Assembly: GCA_003500165.1 (NCBI GenBank) | Contig: DNSZ01000105.1 | Span: forward strand, 693 to 34,666 | Origin: Paracoccaceae bacterium | GTDB taxonomy: Bacteria > Pseudomonadota > Alphaproteobacteria > Rhodobacterales > Rhodobacteraceae | Direction of reading: 5' to 3' | DNA length: 33,974 bases | Shown: positions 1 to 8,972 of the stretch, piece by piece | Layout of the letters: every line of letters starts with the position of its first letter | Position numbering within the stretch: position 1 is the first letter of the stretch | Translations under genes and position numbers: made by a program | Notes under the pieces: model-generated | Told to the model about the DNA's origin: nothing | The model's input: only the letters and a program-made list of their open reading frames with translations | The model's database searches: none

Positions 1-129
1 GGTTCGGTTGCCGCCGTCCGCCAGGTGATCGCGCTGGGCGCCCTGCCTTTCGTCTTCATCACGGTGCTGCTGATGGCGTGCCTGCTCCGGGCCCTGCGCG
101 AAGAGGGGCTTGCCGATGCTGACCGGTGA
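1..129 (+). CDS. BCCT-type (betaine/carnitine/choline family) transporter, C-terminal end only; the 5' part lies outside the window
   Basis: Frame 1 is open from base 1 to TGA at 127-129. The translation GSVAAVRQVIALGALPFVFITVLLMACLLRALREEGLADADR looks like a last TM helix plus a short charged tail as in BCCT carriers. Third codon positions are GC-rich. Confidence 0.45.
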   Translation, partial: GSVAAVRQVIALGALPFVFITVLLMACLLRALREEGLADADR

Positions 130-220
130 TCCGCTGTCGACCGTGCTGAACCTGATGACCTTCGCGTTCATCGGCTTTGCGATCTGGATCGTGCTGAGGA
201 AGCGACCGCCGGGCGAATAG
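116..220 (+). CDS. Possible 34-aa single-TM small membrane protein (MLTGDPLSTVLNLMTFAFIGFAIWIVLRKRPPGE), overlapping the transporter stop
   Basis: ATG at 116-118 and TAG at 218-220. It has a hydrophobic core followed by RKRPP. Third positions are almost all G/C, as in real genes of this genome. It is too short for the ORF track. Confidence 0.3.
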   Translation: MLTGDPLSTVLNLMTFAFIGFAIWIVLRKRPPGE

Positions 221-284
221 GGGAATGCTGCGCGCGCCCCCCGAACCCATCGCGCCCTGCCCAGGACATCCCTGCAACGCATCG

Positions 285-692
285 CTATGGCGCGGGGCGG
301 AACACCATTTCGCCACCGGTCTCGTTCGACAGGATCAGCGCCCCATCGGGGCCAAGCCGCGCCTGGCGCATCGCCGACAGCGCCGCCAGATACGCCCCTT
401 CGGCGGCAAGCTCGGGGCAGGCCATCCTTGTGGCGAAGACCTCGGTCGCGGCGAAACCGGGCCAGCTTGCCGTCTGAGCGCCGCCATAGCGGTTGCACGG
501 GGCCTGCCCGGCGATCCGGCCGGCTTCGGGAAAGCCGAGCGTGGCGCGTGCCGCGAAGGGCTGGCCGTTGATCGTCTCGACCACCCAGACCGTGCCCGGC
601 TCGGCATAGGGCGTGTCGGCCATCGCCGGCCCGACCGCCGCCATCGCGGCAAGGGCCAGCAGGGCGCGGCGCGGCGCGACCCGGCCGCTCAT
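285..692 (-). CDS. META (HslJ-like) domain protein with an N-terminal signal peptide
   Basis: The 135-aa ORF starts with a signal-like N-terminus (RRALLALAAMAAVGPAMA). It has the META pattern with two Cys (APCNRYGG ... ATRMACPE). Its ATG overlaps the upstream gene stop (ATGA at 689-692). Confidence 0.8.
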   Translation of the reverse strand: MSGRVAPRRALLALAAMAAVGPAMADTPYAEPGTVWVVETINGQPFAARATLGFPEAGRIAGQAPCNRYGGAQTASWPGFAATEVFATRMACPELAAEGAYLAALSAMRQARLGPDGALILSNETGGEMVFRPAP

Positions 693-1705
693 GCCCGGGC
701 CTCGGCGATGAACCGGGCGCTCGCCAGCAGGCTGTCTTCGGCGGGCGTGAAATCGATCCCGAGCGCCGCGCGTGCCCGCCCATTGTCGGGGGCAAGCCGG
801 ATATCGAGGCTCGGCAAGGCCGACCGGATCGCCGGGTCGAACAGGGCCAGCGCGCGCAACACGAAGCGCGGCGCGACCCGGGTGCTGTACTTGCGATCAG
901 GCCAGTTGCGGGCAAACAGCCGCGCGATCTCGGGCAGCATCCAGAAGCTGTCGCAGCCGATGAAGCGCTGGCCGGCGGTTTCAGGCCGTTCCATGGCGCG
1001 GATATGCATCAGGGACACATCGGCCAGATCGACGATCGGCAGGCCGAGATTCGGCACCATCGGGTCCTTCGACAGGAACACCCGTTCGATCAGCGCCAGC
1101 GAGGTGCCGTAATGGGCATCCAGCGGCGTGCCGGTGATCAGCCCCGGATTGATCGTGGTCAACTGCATCTCGGGGTGCTCGGTGGCGAAATCCCAGGCGG
1201 CCCGTTCGGCCAGCGTCTTCGATCTGTCATAGGCGGTGGTGGTCGGGGCATCCGGATCGGACCAGTCGTCCTCGTCCCGATCGGGGCCGGCCCTGTCGGT
1301 GCTGTGCATGATCGCGACCATCGAGGAGGTGAGGACAACGCGCCGCACCCCCGCCGCCTGGGCCGCGCGCAGCGCGCGCAGGGTCCCGTCGACGGCCGGC
1401 CGGATCAGGTCGTCATCGTCCTTTGGCTGAACCATCGGAAAGGGCGAGGCGGTGTGCAGCACCGCGTCCACCCCGCCCATCGCCGCTGCCCAGCCCGCGT
1501 CCGAGGTCAGGTCGAGTTCGACGAAAGACAGCCGGTCGAGCGCGTCCGGATCGGCCAGATGGGCGCGCAGCGCGTCGCGTACCTCATCCGCCCGCGCCGC
1601 GCTGCGCAGCGATCCGCGAACCGTGTAGCCCGCGTCAAGCAGATCGCAGGCGATGCGCTTGGCGATGAAACCGGAAACACCGGTCAGCAAGACATGCCGC
1701 GGCAT
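689..1705 (-). CDS. NAD(P)-dependent SDR-family epimerase/dehydratase or aldehyde-reductase-like oxidoreductase
   Basis: The 338-aa ORF has an N-terminal Rossmann motif (LLTGVSGFIAKRI) and an extended-SDR layout with YDRSK. A GGGGAGG Shine-Dalgarno precedes the ATG at 1705. Confidence 0.9.
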   Translation of the reverse strand: MPRHVLLTGVSGFIAKRIACDLLDAGYTVRGSLRSAARADEVRDALRAHLADPDALDRLSFVELDLTSDAGWAAAMGGVDAVLHTASPFPMVQPKDDDDLIRPAVDGTLRALRAAQAAGVRRVVLTSSMVAIMHSTDRAGPDRDEDDWSDPDAPTTTAYDRSKTLAERAAWDFATEHPEMQLTTINPGLITGTPLDAHYGTSLALIERVFLSKDPMVPNLGLPIVDLADVSLMHIRAMERPETAGQRFIGCDSFWMLPEIARLFARNWPDRKYSTRVAPRFVLRALALFDPAIRSALPSLDIRLAPDNGRARAALGIDFTPAEDSLLASARFIAEARA

Positions 1706-1759
1706 GGGTGGCCTCCCCTTTTCGGCCCTCCCTCAAATAAGCGTTCGTCGCGAAACCGC

Positions 1760-1796
1760 CAGCCCCGCCTGAACCCGGGGCGCCAGGCGGGGGCTG
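1760..1796 (-). terminator. GC-rich hairpin downstream of arsM (possible terminator)
   Basis: CAGCCCCGCCTG (1760-1771) pairs with CAGGCGGGGGCTG (1784-1796), with one bulged G. On the minus strand it is followed by GCGGTTTCGCG. It lies between the arsM stop (1875) and the SDR start (1705). Confidence 0.35.
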
Positions 1797-1810
1797 CACG
1801 CCATCCAACC

Positions 1811-1830
1811 CGCCCCGCAACGCCCCGCAA
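1811..1830. repeat. Perfect tandem duplication of the 10-mer CGCCCCGCAA, followed by GGACA GGACA GGAC at 1833-1846
   Basis: Read directly from the sequence. It is intergenic. Confidence 0.9.
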
Positions 1831-1874
1831 TCGGACAGGACAGGACTGGTGGTCGTGCGGGCGGCGCCCCGGTG

Positions 1875-2702
1875 TCAGCCAGGCCGCCGCCGGGCGGTCA
1901 GCTTGATGCTCTGGATGCAGCCGGCCAGTTCCCCCGCCACATGGTCGAGGGTCGCTTCGCGGCCCATCCCCAGCCTTGCGGCCAGACCGTCGATCGCCAC
2001 CGGCAATTCCTCGGCGACCAGCGCCCGGACCATGCCGGCATCATAGACCATGCGATCGATCACCCGCACATCGTCGAGCCCCGCGGCCCTGGCAAGATCG
2101 GTATAGACGGCCTCTGACACAGCGCCGGCGATGCAGGCCGCGTACAGGTCGCGATGCGCCGCCACCCAGCCCGGCAGGCCCTCGGCCACGAGATCGCTGA
2201 TCACCGCGACGCCCCCGGGTTTGAGAACGCGGCCGATCTCGGCAAACACGGCCGGCTTGTCCATCGACAGGTTGACCACGCAATTCGAGATCACCCAGTC
2301 GGCGCTGGCATCGGCGAGCGGCAGCGCCTCGATCCGGCCCTCGCGGAACTCGGCATGGGCGATCCCAGCCTTTGCCGCATTCGCCCGCGCCCGGTCGAGC
2401 AGCGCGGCGCTGGCATCGATGCCGATGACGCGGCCCCGTGGCCCGGTCCGCGCCGCGGCAAGCAGCACGTCAAGCCCGGCACCACAGCCCAGATCGATCA
2501 CCTTATCGCCGGGCCGGATGCCCGCCAGGGCCACCGGATTGCCGCAGCCAAAGCTTGTTCCGACCATCCCCTCGGGCAGGGCCGCCAGCAGATCGGCGGC
2601 ATAGTCGGGCGACAGCGGTGGCAGGTCGCGCGGGGTTTGCGGCGCGGCAAGGCGCCCGCGATAGAACGTGTCGATTTCGTCAAGCGGTTCCTGTCGGGTC
2701 AT
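1875..2702 (-). CDS. arsM: Arsenite S-adenosylmethionine methyltransferase (ArsM-type)
   Basis: The SAM-binding motif VIDLGCGAGLD is present. The ArsM-type conserved cysteines are present (FGCGNP, ISNCVVNL, ACIAGA). It lies immediately downstream of, and overlaps, an ArsR gene. I placed the start at ATG 2702 (GAAAGG about 9 nt upstream); ATG 2711 is an alternative. The longer track ORF (to 2855) would overlap arsR heavily. Confidence 0.85.
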   Translation of the reverse strand: MTRQEPLDEIDTFYRGRLAAPQTPRDLPPLSPDYAADLLAALPEGMVGTSFGCGNPVALAGIRPGDKVIDLGCGAGLDVLLAAARTGPRGRVIGIDASAALLDRARANAAKAGIAHAEFREGRIEALPLADASADWVISNCVVNLSMDKPAVFAEIGRVLKPGGVAVISDLVAEGLPGWVAAHRDLYAACIAGAVSEAVYTDLARAAGLDDVRVIDRMVYDAGMVRALVAEELPVAIDGLAARLGMGREATLDHVAGELAGCIQSIKLTARRRPG

Positions 2703-3060
2703 CCTGTTCATCCTTTCTGGCGCTGCCGGGGCAGCATATGTCGGCCAGCCCGGCGGCAGCGCCCCGAAGGGCGTCCAGCCGGGCCAGCAGGAACGGGCCG
2801 TCAAGATCATGGAGCACCCGCCGACCGGCCCGGCGCGAGACGGTGATGCCGGCACGCTCCAGCATCGCCAGATGCCGCGAGATCACCGAACGGTCCTGGG
2901 CAAAGCCCGAAGCCAGATCGCCGATATCGGATTCGCCGGTGAGGACCAGCGCCCGGATCAGCGCCAGCCGGACCGGGTGACAGAGGGCCCCGAAGAAGTC
3001 GGGGTCGAGGGTGCGGTCGAGTGCTATGGCGGCAGCAAGGCGGCGGTCGCGTATCGTCAT
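2680..3060 (-). CDS. arsR: ArsR/SmtB-family metalloregulator with a C-terminal Cys-Cys pair
   Basis: It has a winged-helix core (HPVRLALIRAL ... DLASGFAQDRSVISRHLAMLERAGI) and a C-terminal DICCPG. The start is the ATG at 3060; the track ORF start at 3096 is a TTG. It overlaps the arsM start. Confidence 0.85.
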   Translation of the reverse strand: MTIRDRRLAAAIALDRTLDPDFFGALCHPVRLALIRALVLTGESDIGDLASGFAQDRSVISRHLAMLERAGITVSRRAGRRVLHDLDGPFLLARLDALRGAAAGLADICCPGSARKDEQDDPTGTA

Positions 3061-3061
3061 G

Positions 3062-3090
3062 ATGCATGCATACGTGCACCCGCATGCACA
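3062..3090. promoter_or_regulatory. Cluster of TGCA-based palindromes directly upstream of arsR (candidate operator)
   Basis: ATGCATGCAT (3062-3071) is a 10-nt palindrome and GTGCAC (3074-3079) is a 6-nt palindrome. GCATGCA(T/C)A is repeated at 3064-3072 and 3082-3090. TGCATGC (3063-3069) is the reverse complement of GCATGCA (3082-3088). Confidence 0.35.
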
Positions 3091-3261
3091 TGTCAACAGC
3101 TGGGATGGGCCGTTATCCCAGGCGCCGGCGGCCCGGGCGACATATGACGGTCATGGTTGATGGCCACTGGCACAGAGCCCGCTGGAGCATGCGAGCGCAC
3201 GCCGATCCAGCAGGGCCCGTGGGCCGGCCGACATCGCCCGCAGGGCGGAGGAGGCCCGCGA

Positions 3262-4941
3262 TCACCCCAGCAGCCGCCGCGCGATCACCTGGGCCTGGAT
3301 TTCGGCCGCCCCTTCGAAAATGTTCAGAATGCGCGAATCGCACAGGATACGGCTGACCGGGTATTCCAGCGCAAAGCCGTTGCCGCCATGGATCTGCAGC
3401 GCATTGTCGGCCGCGGCCCAGGCGACCCTTGCCGCCAGCAGCTTGGCCATCCCGGCCTCCAGATCGCAGCGCCGGTCGGCATCCTTTTCGCGGGCGGCGA
3501 AATAGCTGATCTGGCGGGCGACCATGATCTCGACCGCCATCATCGCCAGCTTGCCGGCGACCCGCGGGAAGGCGATCAGCGGCTTGCCGAACTGCTTGCG
3601 GTCGAGCGCGTATTGCAGCCCCACGTCAAGCGCGGCCTGCGCCACCCCGACGGCGCGCGCCGCCGTCTGGATGCGGGCGCTCTCGAAGGTCTGCATCAGC
3701 TGCTTGAAGCCCTGCCCCTCGACCCCGCCCAGCAGATTGTCGCCCGCCACCCGGAACCCGTCGAAGCCAAGCTCGTATTCCTTCATCCCGCGATAGCCCA
3801 GGACCTCGATCTCGCCGCCGGTGATGCCCGCATCGGGGAACGGGTTGGCGTCGTCGCCCGGGGTCTTTTCGGCCAGAAACATCGACAGGCCGCGATAGTC
3901 GGACGTATCGGGATCGGTCCGCGCCAGCAGCGTCATCACATGGGTGCGCGCGGCATGGGTGATCCAGGTCTTGTTGCCGGTGACCCGCCAATCGTCGCCG
4001 TCGCGTTCGGCCCGGGTGCGCAGCGCGCCCAGATCCGAGCCGGTATTGGGTTCGGTGAACACCGCCGTCGGCAACACCTCGCCCGACGCGATCCGCGGCA
4101 GCCACTGGGCCTTCTGCGCCTCGGTCCCGCCGCACAGGATCAGCTCGGCGGCGATTTCCGATCGGGTGCCCAGGCTGCCGACGCCGATATAGCCGCGCGA
4201 AAGCTCTTCAGAGACGACGCACATCGCCGTCTTGGGCAGGCCAAAGCCGCCATGTTCCTCGGGGATCGTCAGGCCGAACACGCCCAGCTCGGCCATCTCG
4301 GCGATAATCTCCATCGGGATCAGTTCGTCCTTGAGGTGCCATTCATGGGCATGCGGCGCGACCCGTTCGTCGGAGAACCGGCGGAACTGGTCGCGGATCA
4401 TCTCCATCTCTTCGTCAAGGCCGGTGGCGCCGAAACTCGCCACCCCCTGCTGCTGTTCCAGCAGTTGCGCCAGCCGCATCCGCGCCGCGGCGGTATTGCC
4501 CTCGCGGCGCAATCTGGCCGTTTCGGCGGTGTCGAGCAGGGCGGCATCCATGCCCAGATCGGCCGGGCGCACGATCTCGCCCTGGCTCATCGGCAGGCCG
4601 CCGGCAAGCTGGGCGATGTATTCGCCAAAGGCGATCTGGTGGATCAGCGCCTCGATCTCGCCGAACCGGCCCTCGGCCGCCAGCCGCTCGGCCCAGCCCT
4701 GCATCTCGCGCAGGCCCTCGGCATAGGTCGCGACCCAGGCCAGGCCATGGGCGGCATCCTGATGCGCCTCGATCAGCCGGCCGCTGACCCGGTCGCCCTC
4801 GGTGACCTGCGCGCGCACCGCCGCGGTCGCCGCCCTGGCATAGGCCTCGACGGGGCCAAGCGCCGCCCGGGTCAGGTCGAGCAGTCCCGGCAGCAGGGTG
4901 CTTGCGGTGTCGGCGGGGCTGTGCTGTCCGTCATGCGGCAC
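3262..4941 (-). CDS. Acyl-CoA dehydrogenase family protein with a roughly 170-aa N-terminal extension; probably (2S)-methylsuccinyl-CoA dehydrogenase of the ethylmalonyl-CoA pathway
   Basis: The C-terminal roughly 390 aa show the typical ACAD layout (GLTIPEEHGG, TEPNTGSD, IHGGNGF, IFEGAAEIQ). I placed the start at GTG 4941, preceded by AAGGAG 7 nt upstream, giving 559 aa. The track ORF start at 5031 has no Shine-Dalgarno. Confidence 0.9.
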   Translation of the reverse strand: MPHDGQHSPADTASTLLPGLLDLTRAALGPVEAYARAATAAVRAQVTEGDRVSGRLIEAHQDAAHGLAWVATYAEGLREMQGWAERLAAEGRFGEIEALIHQIAFGEYIAQLAGGLPMSQGEIVRPADLGMDAALLDTAETARLRREGNTAAARMRLAQLLEQQQGVASFGATGLDEEMEMIRDQFRRFSDERVAPHAHEWHLKDELIPMEIIAEMAELGVFGLTIPEEHGGFGLPKTAMCVVSEELSRGYIGVGSLGTRSEIAAELILCGGTEAQKAQWLPRIASGEVLPTAVFTEPNTGSDLGALRTRAERDGDDWRVTGNKTWITHAARTHVMTLLARTDPDTSDYRGLSMFLAEKTPGDDANPFPDAGITGGEIEVLGYRGMKEYELGFDGFRVAGDNLLGGVEGQGFKQLMQTFESARIQTAARAVGVAQAALDVGLQYALDRKQFGKPLIAFPRVAGKLAMMAVEIMVARQISYFAAREKDADRRCDLEAGMAKLLAARVAWAAADNALQIHGGNGFALEYPVSRILCDSRILNIFEGAAEIQAQVIARRLLG

Positions 4942-5039
4942 GGGGCGGCTCCTTTCCTTGGCGAATGCTGCGCCGCCTATAGGATGTTGGCAGATGCAGC
5001 GCAATCTTCTCACCCGCGGGGCGGGCGACACGAACGATA

Positions 5040-5834
5040 ATGTCGCAGAAGCCGGCGTCCAGCCCCGTGGATAGCCTCGGCGATCTGGCGCCGACCCTGC
5101 TGGCCGGGGCGGTCGCGGTCACGCTGCTTGCCGGTTTCGTCAAGGGCGCGGTCGGGTTCGCGATGCCGATGATCATGATCTCGGGGCTGGGCTCGTTCCT
5201 GGCGCCGGAACTGGCGCTGGCCGGGCTGATCCTGCCGACGCTGGTGACCAATCTGTCCCAGGCGTTCCGCGACGGCCGGCTTGCGGCGTGGCAGGTGGTG
5301 CGCCGGTTCTGGCGGTTGATCGGCCTTGTGGTGCTGGGCATCCTGCTGGCCGGTCAACTGGTCACCGCGCTGCCGCAGGCCGCCTATCTGCTGATCCTGG
5401 GCGTGCCGATCGTGATTTTCGGGGTGACCCAGCTGGCCGGGATGCCGTTGCGCTTCGCCCCGCGCCACGCCCGCCGGGCCGAGATCGCGACCGGCCTCGT
5501 GTCCGGGGTGTTCGGCGGGCTTTCGGGGGTGTGGGGGCCGCCGCTGATTGCCTTTCTGCTGACGCTTGGCATCGACAAGCGAAGCTTTGTGCGGGTCCAG
5601 GGGGTGGTCTATGGCATCGGCTCGGTGGCGCTGCTGGCGGCGCATCTGCGCTCGGGGATTCTGAACGAAGCGACCCTGCCGTTTTCCGCCCTGATGGTCG
5701 TGCCCGCGGTTCTGGGCATGGTGCTGGGGGGGCGGCTGCAGAACCGGCTCGACCCGGATCGGTTCCGTCGGCTGACGCTGGCGATCCTGACGCTGGCGGG
5801 GCTGAACCTGATCCGCCGGGCGCTGTGGGGCTAG
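5040..5834 (+). CDS. TauE/SafE-family (DUF81) sulfite/anion exporter-like membrane protein
   Basis: The 264-aa polytopic membrane protein has a typical family N-terminus ([19 protein letters not shown]) and a repeated half-structure. It starts with ATG at 5040. Confidence 0.9.
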   Translation: MSQKPASSPVDSLGDLAPTLLAGAVAVTLLAGFVKGAVGFAMPMIMISGLGSFLAPELALAGLILPTLVTNLSQAFRDGRLAAWQVVRRFWRLIGLVVLGILLAGQLVTALPQAAYLLILGVPIVIFGVTQLAGMPLRFAPRHARRAEIATGLVSGVFGGLSGVWGPPLIAFLLTLGIDKRSFVRVQGVVYGIGSVALLAAHLRSGILNEATLPFSALMVVPAVLGMVLGGRLQNRLDPDRFRRLTLAILTLAGLNLIRRALWG

Positions 5835-7963
5835 GCCGCCCGGTCCCGGGACAAGAGGTCGAGCACGCTCCTCGCCGCCTCGGGGATCGCGGTGCCCGGC
5901 CCGAAGATCGCCGCGACGCCGGCCTGTTTCAGAAAGTCATAGTCCTTGTGCGGGATCACGCCGCCGCAGACGACCAGGATGTCGCCCGCGCCCTGGGCGC
6001 GCAGTGCCTCGATCAGCCTTGGTGCCAGCGTGCGGTGCCCCGCCGCCTGGCTGGAAATCCCGACCACATGGACGTCGTTGTCGATGGCGTCCTGGGCGGC
6101 CTCTTCGGGGGTCTGGAACAGCGCCCCCATATCGACGTCGAAGCCCATATCGGCGAACGCCGTGGCGATCACCTTGGCGCCCCGATCGTGCCCGTCCTGG
6201 CCCATCTTGGCGACCATGATCCGGGGCCGGCGGCCCTCGGCCGCGGCGAACGCCTCCACCGCGCGCTGAATCTCGGCGAAGCCGTCATCGCCCGCATAGG
6301 CCCCGCCATAGACGCCCGCCAGCGTCCGCACCTCGGCCTTGTGGCGGCCGAACACCGCCTCCATGGCGTCGCTGATCTCGCCCACCGTGGCGCGCGCGCG
6401 GGCGGCATCGACCGCCGCCGCCAGCAGGTTGCCACCCTCGGCCGCGCGGCGGGTGATCTCGGCCAGCGCGTGGTGGCAGGCGGCTTCGTCCCGCCCGGCA
6501 CGGACCTTTTCCAGACGGGCGATCTGGGCGGCGCGCACCGCATCGTTGTCGATGTCGAGGATGTCGATCTCTTCTTCCTCGGGCAGGCGGTACTTGTTGA
6601 CGCCGACCACCACATCCTCGCCCCGGTCGATGGCCGCCTGGCGCCGCGCCGCCGATTCCTCGATCCGCAGCTTCGGCATGCCCGAGGCCACCGCCGCGGT
6701 CATGCCGCCCAGTTCCTCGATCTCTGCCATCAGGGTCCAGGCCGCCTCGGCCAGATCATGGGTCAGCTTCTCGACGTAATAGGAGCCTGCCAGCGGATCG
6801 ACCACCCTGGTCACGCCGGTTTCTTCCTGCAGGATCAGCTGGGTGTTCCTCGCGATCCGGGCCGAGCTGTCGGTGGGCAGCGCCATCGCCTCGTCAAAGG
6901 CGTTGGTGTGCAGCGACTGGGTGCCGCCAAGGACCGCCGACAGCGCCTCATAGGCGGTGCGGACGACGTTGTTGTAGGGGTCCTGTTCGGCCAGGCTGAC
7001 GCCGCTGGTCTGGCAATGGGTGCGCAGCATGGAGGATTTCGGATCCTTCGGCCCGAATTCGGCCATCACCCGCGACCACAGCAGCCTTGCCGCGCGCAGC
7101 TTGGCGATCTCCATGAAGAAATTCGTGCCGATGGCGAAAAAGAACGACAGCCGTGGCGCGAAGCGGTCGACATCCATGCCGCGGGCCAGCGCGGCGCGGA
7201 CATATTCGCGCCCGTCGGCGAGCGTAAAGGCCAGCTCCTGCACCAGGTTCGCGCCCGCCTCCTGCATGTGATAGCCCGAGATCGAGATCGAGTTGAAGCG
7301 CGGCATCTCCTGGGCGGTGTATTCGATGATGTCGGCAACGATCCGCATCGAGGGCGCGGGCGGATAGATATAGGTGTTGCGCACCATGAATTCCTTCAGA
7401 ATGTCGTTCTGAATGGTGCCCGACAGCGCGGCCCGGTCGACGCCCTGCTCTTCGCCTGCGACGATGTAGTTGGCCATCACCGGGATGACCGCGCCGTTCA
7501 TCGTCATCGACACCGAGACCTTTTCCAGCGGGATGCCGTCGAACAGGATCTTCATGTCCTCGACCGAATCGATCGCCACGCCCGCCTTGCCGACATCGCC
7601 GATCACCCGGGGATGGTCGGAATCGTAGCCCCGATGGGTCGCCAGGTCGAACGCGACCGACACTCCCTGCTGGCCCGCCGCCAGCGCCCGGCGATAGAAG
7701 GCGTTCGATTCCTCGGCCGTCGAGAACCCGGCATATTGCCGGATCGTCCAGGGCCGGCCGGCATACATCGTCGCCTTCGGGCCGCGGATGAAGGGGGCAA
7801 AACCCGGCATCGTGCCCAGATGGCCGACGCCGGCAAGATCGTCCTCGGTGTAAAGCGGCTGGATGGCGATGCCCTCCAGCGTGTTCCAGGTCAGCCCGTC
7901 AAGCGGCCGCCCGCGCAGTTCCTTTTCAGCCAGTCGCGTCCAGTCGTCCCTGTTTGCCGCCAT
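5831..7963 (-). CDS. scpA: Methylmalonyl-CoA mutase, large single-chain form (mcmA/bhbA/scpA type) with a C-terminal B12-binding domain
   Basis: Diagnostic mutase motifs are present: [32 protein letters not shown], and a C-terminal [14 protein letters not shown] (DxHxxG B12 motif). The start is ATG 7963 with GGGGAGAA upstream, giving 710 aa. The track ORF is extended to 8044. Confidence 0.95.
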   Translation of the reverse strand: MAANRDDWTRLAEKELRGRPLDGLTWNTLEGIAIQPLYTEDDLAGVGHLGTMPGFAPFIRGPKATMYAGRPWTIRQYAGFSTAEESNAFYRRALAAGQQGVSVAFDLATHRGYDSDHPRVIGDVGKAGVAIDSVEDMKILFDGIPLEKVSVSMTMNGAVIPVMANYIVAGEEQGVDRAALSGTIQNDILKEFMVRNTYIYPPAPSMRIVADIIEYTAQEMPRFNSISISGYHMQEAGANLVQELAFTLADGREYVRAALARGMDVDRFAPRLSFFFAIGTNFFMEIAKLRAARLLWSRVMAEFGPKDPKSSMLRTHCQTSGVSLAEQDPYNNVVRTAYEALSAVLGGTQSLHTNAFDEAMALPTDSSARIARNTQLILQEETGVTRVVDPLAGSYYVEKLTHDLAEAAWTLMAEIEELGGMTAAVASGMPKLRIEESAARRQAAIDRGEDVVVGVNKYRLPEEEEIDILDIDNDAVRAAQIARLEKVRAGRDEAACHHALAEITRRAAEGGNLLAAAVDAARARATVGEISDAMEAVFGRHKAEVRTLAGVYGGAYAGDDGFAEIQRAVEAFAAAEGRRPRIMVAKMGQDGHDRGAKVIATAFADMGFDVDMGALFQTPEEAAQDAIDNDVHVVGISSQAAGHRTLAPRLIEALRAQGAGDILVVCGGVIPHKDYDFLKQAGVAAIFGPGTAIPEAARSVLDLLSRDRAA

Positions 7964-8855
7964 TGGCCGTTCTCCCCTGCATCGGTTGCGTGCCCGCCTC
8001 GACAAAGCGCGCGCACCCGTCGGCCCCGGCCCGAAGCCAGGCAAGGTCCGCCGCGTAGGATTGCTGCATAACCTGCCTTTGCGTGTCGTGAAAGGGCATC
8101 CACCGGGCCGGCCCCGGCGGAACCCTGGCCGCGTCGGCGGGGCGGCCGGCCGCCATCAGCTTCGCGCGCACCGAATCGGCGCCGCGGGTGGCGTTGACGT
8201 GCCGGGTCCGGGCCTGCGGCGGCAGCCGCAGCGTGCGCCCGGCCAGGGCCGACAGCTGTGCGGCGGGATCGCCGATCAGCGCAGCGAAATCCCAGACCAC
8301 CAGATCGACCCCGGGGCAGGCCCGGGCGATGTCGGCGATCACATGGCGCCAACCGCGATCGGCGGCCGCGATCCGGTCGATCGTCGGTTGCCCGGGCAGC
8401 GACGCCCGCCGCATCGCCTGATAGGACAGCACCGAGGCCCACCAATCGTCGGGGCTGCGGATCGCCAGACCGACCCGGCAACAGGATGCCCCGAAGGCCG
8501 CGACCGTCCGGGCTACCCGCGCGCCCGCGTCGGGATAAAGCCAGCCGCGCAGCAGACAGCCATCCATCGTCCCCAGGATGTTCTCTTCGCTGACCACCAG
8601 CAGAGTGGCGCCCGCGTCGCGTTCCCACGCCAGGCCTTCATCGATTTCGGCCCGCCCCTCGGCCGCCAGAATGGCGCCGCCCGCGCGGGCCGCCCTCCCC
8701 GATCCCGGGACGCCGACCAGGCAACCGGTCCGGGTGCGCGCGGGTCCCCAACTGGCGACGCCACGCTGGCGCAGCCGAACCGCGTTGTTTTGCAAGACCC
8801 GTTGCAGGGTCGATGTTCCCGTGCGATGTGCCCCGACATGCAAGACGATATTCAT
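7926..8855 (-). CDS. Hypothetical protein with an N-terminal P-loop-like/sulfotransferase-like motif ([13 protein letters not shown])
   Basis: The ORF is 309 aa from ATG 8855 (AAGGGTGG upstream). The N-terminal HxGxxxTGTSxLQ followed by VVSEENILG resembles the PAPS-binding loop arrangement of sulfotransferase-fold proteins. The 3' end overlaps the mutase start by 38 nt. Confidence 0.6.
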   Translation of the reverse strand: MNIVLHVGAHRTGTSTLQRVLQNNAVRLRQRGVASWGPARTRTGCLVGVPGSGRAARAGGAILAAEGRAEIDEGLAWERDAGATLLVVSEENILGTMDGCLLRGWLYPDAGARVARTVAAFGASCCRVGLAIRSPDDWWASVLSYQAMRRASLPGQPTIDRIAAADRGWRHVIADIARACPGVDLVVWDFAALIGDPAAQLSALAGRTLRLPPQARTRHVNATRGADSVRAKLMAAGRPADAARVPPGPARWMPFHDTQRQVMQQSYAADLAWLRAGADGCARFVEAGTQPMQGRTANGGKQGRLDATG

Positions 8856-8972
8856 GGCTGACCACCCTTGTCCCGAATTCCCCGCACGCATCATCCCGGA
8901 CACAGGTTACCGCCACGTTGAAACGCTGGCCAGGGGATGACGACCCGGTCTGCCAGAGCTATATGGCCCGCA

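Noticed and set aside
4961-5005. ATGCTGCGC ... ATGCAGCGCAAT in the ACAD/tauE divergent region as a possible PhaR site
   Set aside because: The two elements are about 20 nt apart and do not form the TGCTGC-N3-GCAGCA palindrome seen at the phasin promoters. The similarity is limited to a GC-rich hexamer.
3157-5040. 627-aa plus-strand ORF
   Set aside because: It is antisense to the acyl-CoA dehydrogenase gene and has the same shadow-ORF character. The ACAD frame has clear family motifs; this frame has none.
5288-8071. 927-aa plus-strand ORF
   Set aside because: It is entirely antisense to the methylmalonyl-CoA mutase gene. The composition is Arg/Gly/Ala/Pro-rich and low-complexity, typical of shadow ORFs in high-GC DNA, and there are no recognisable motifs.
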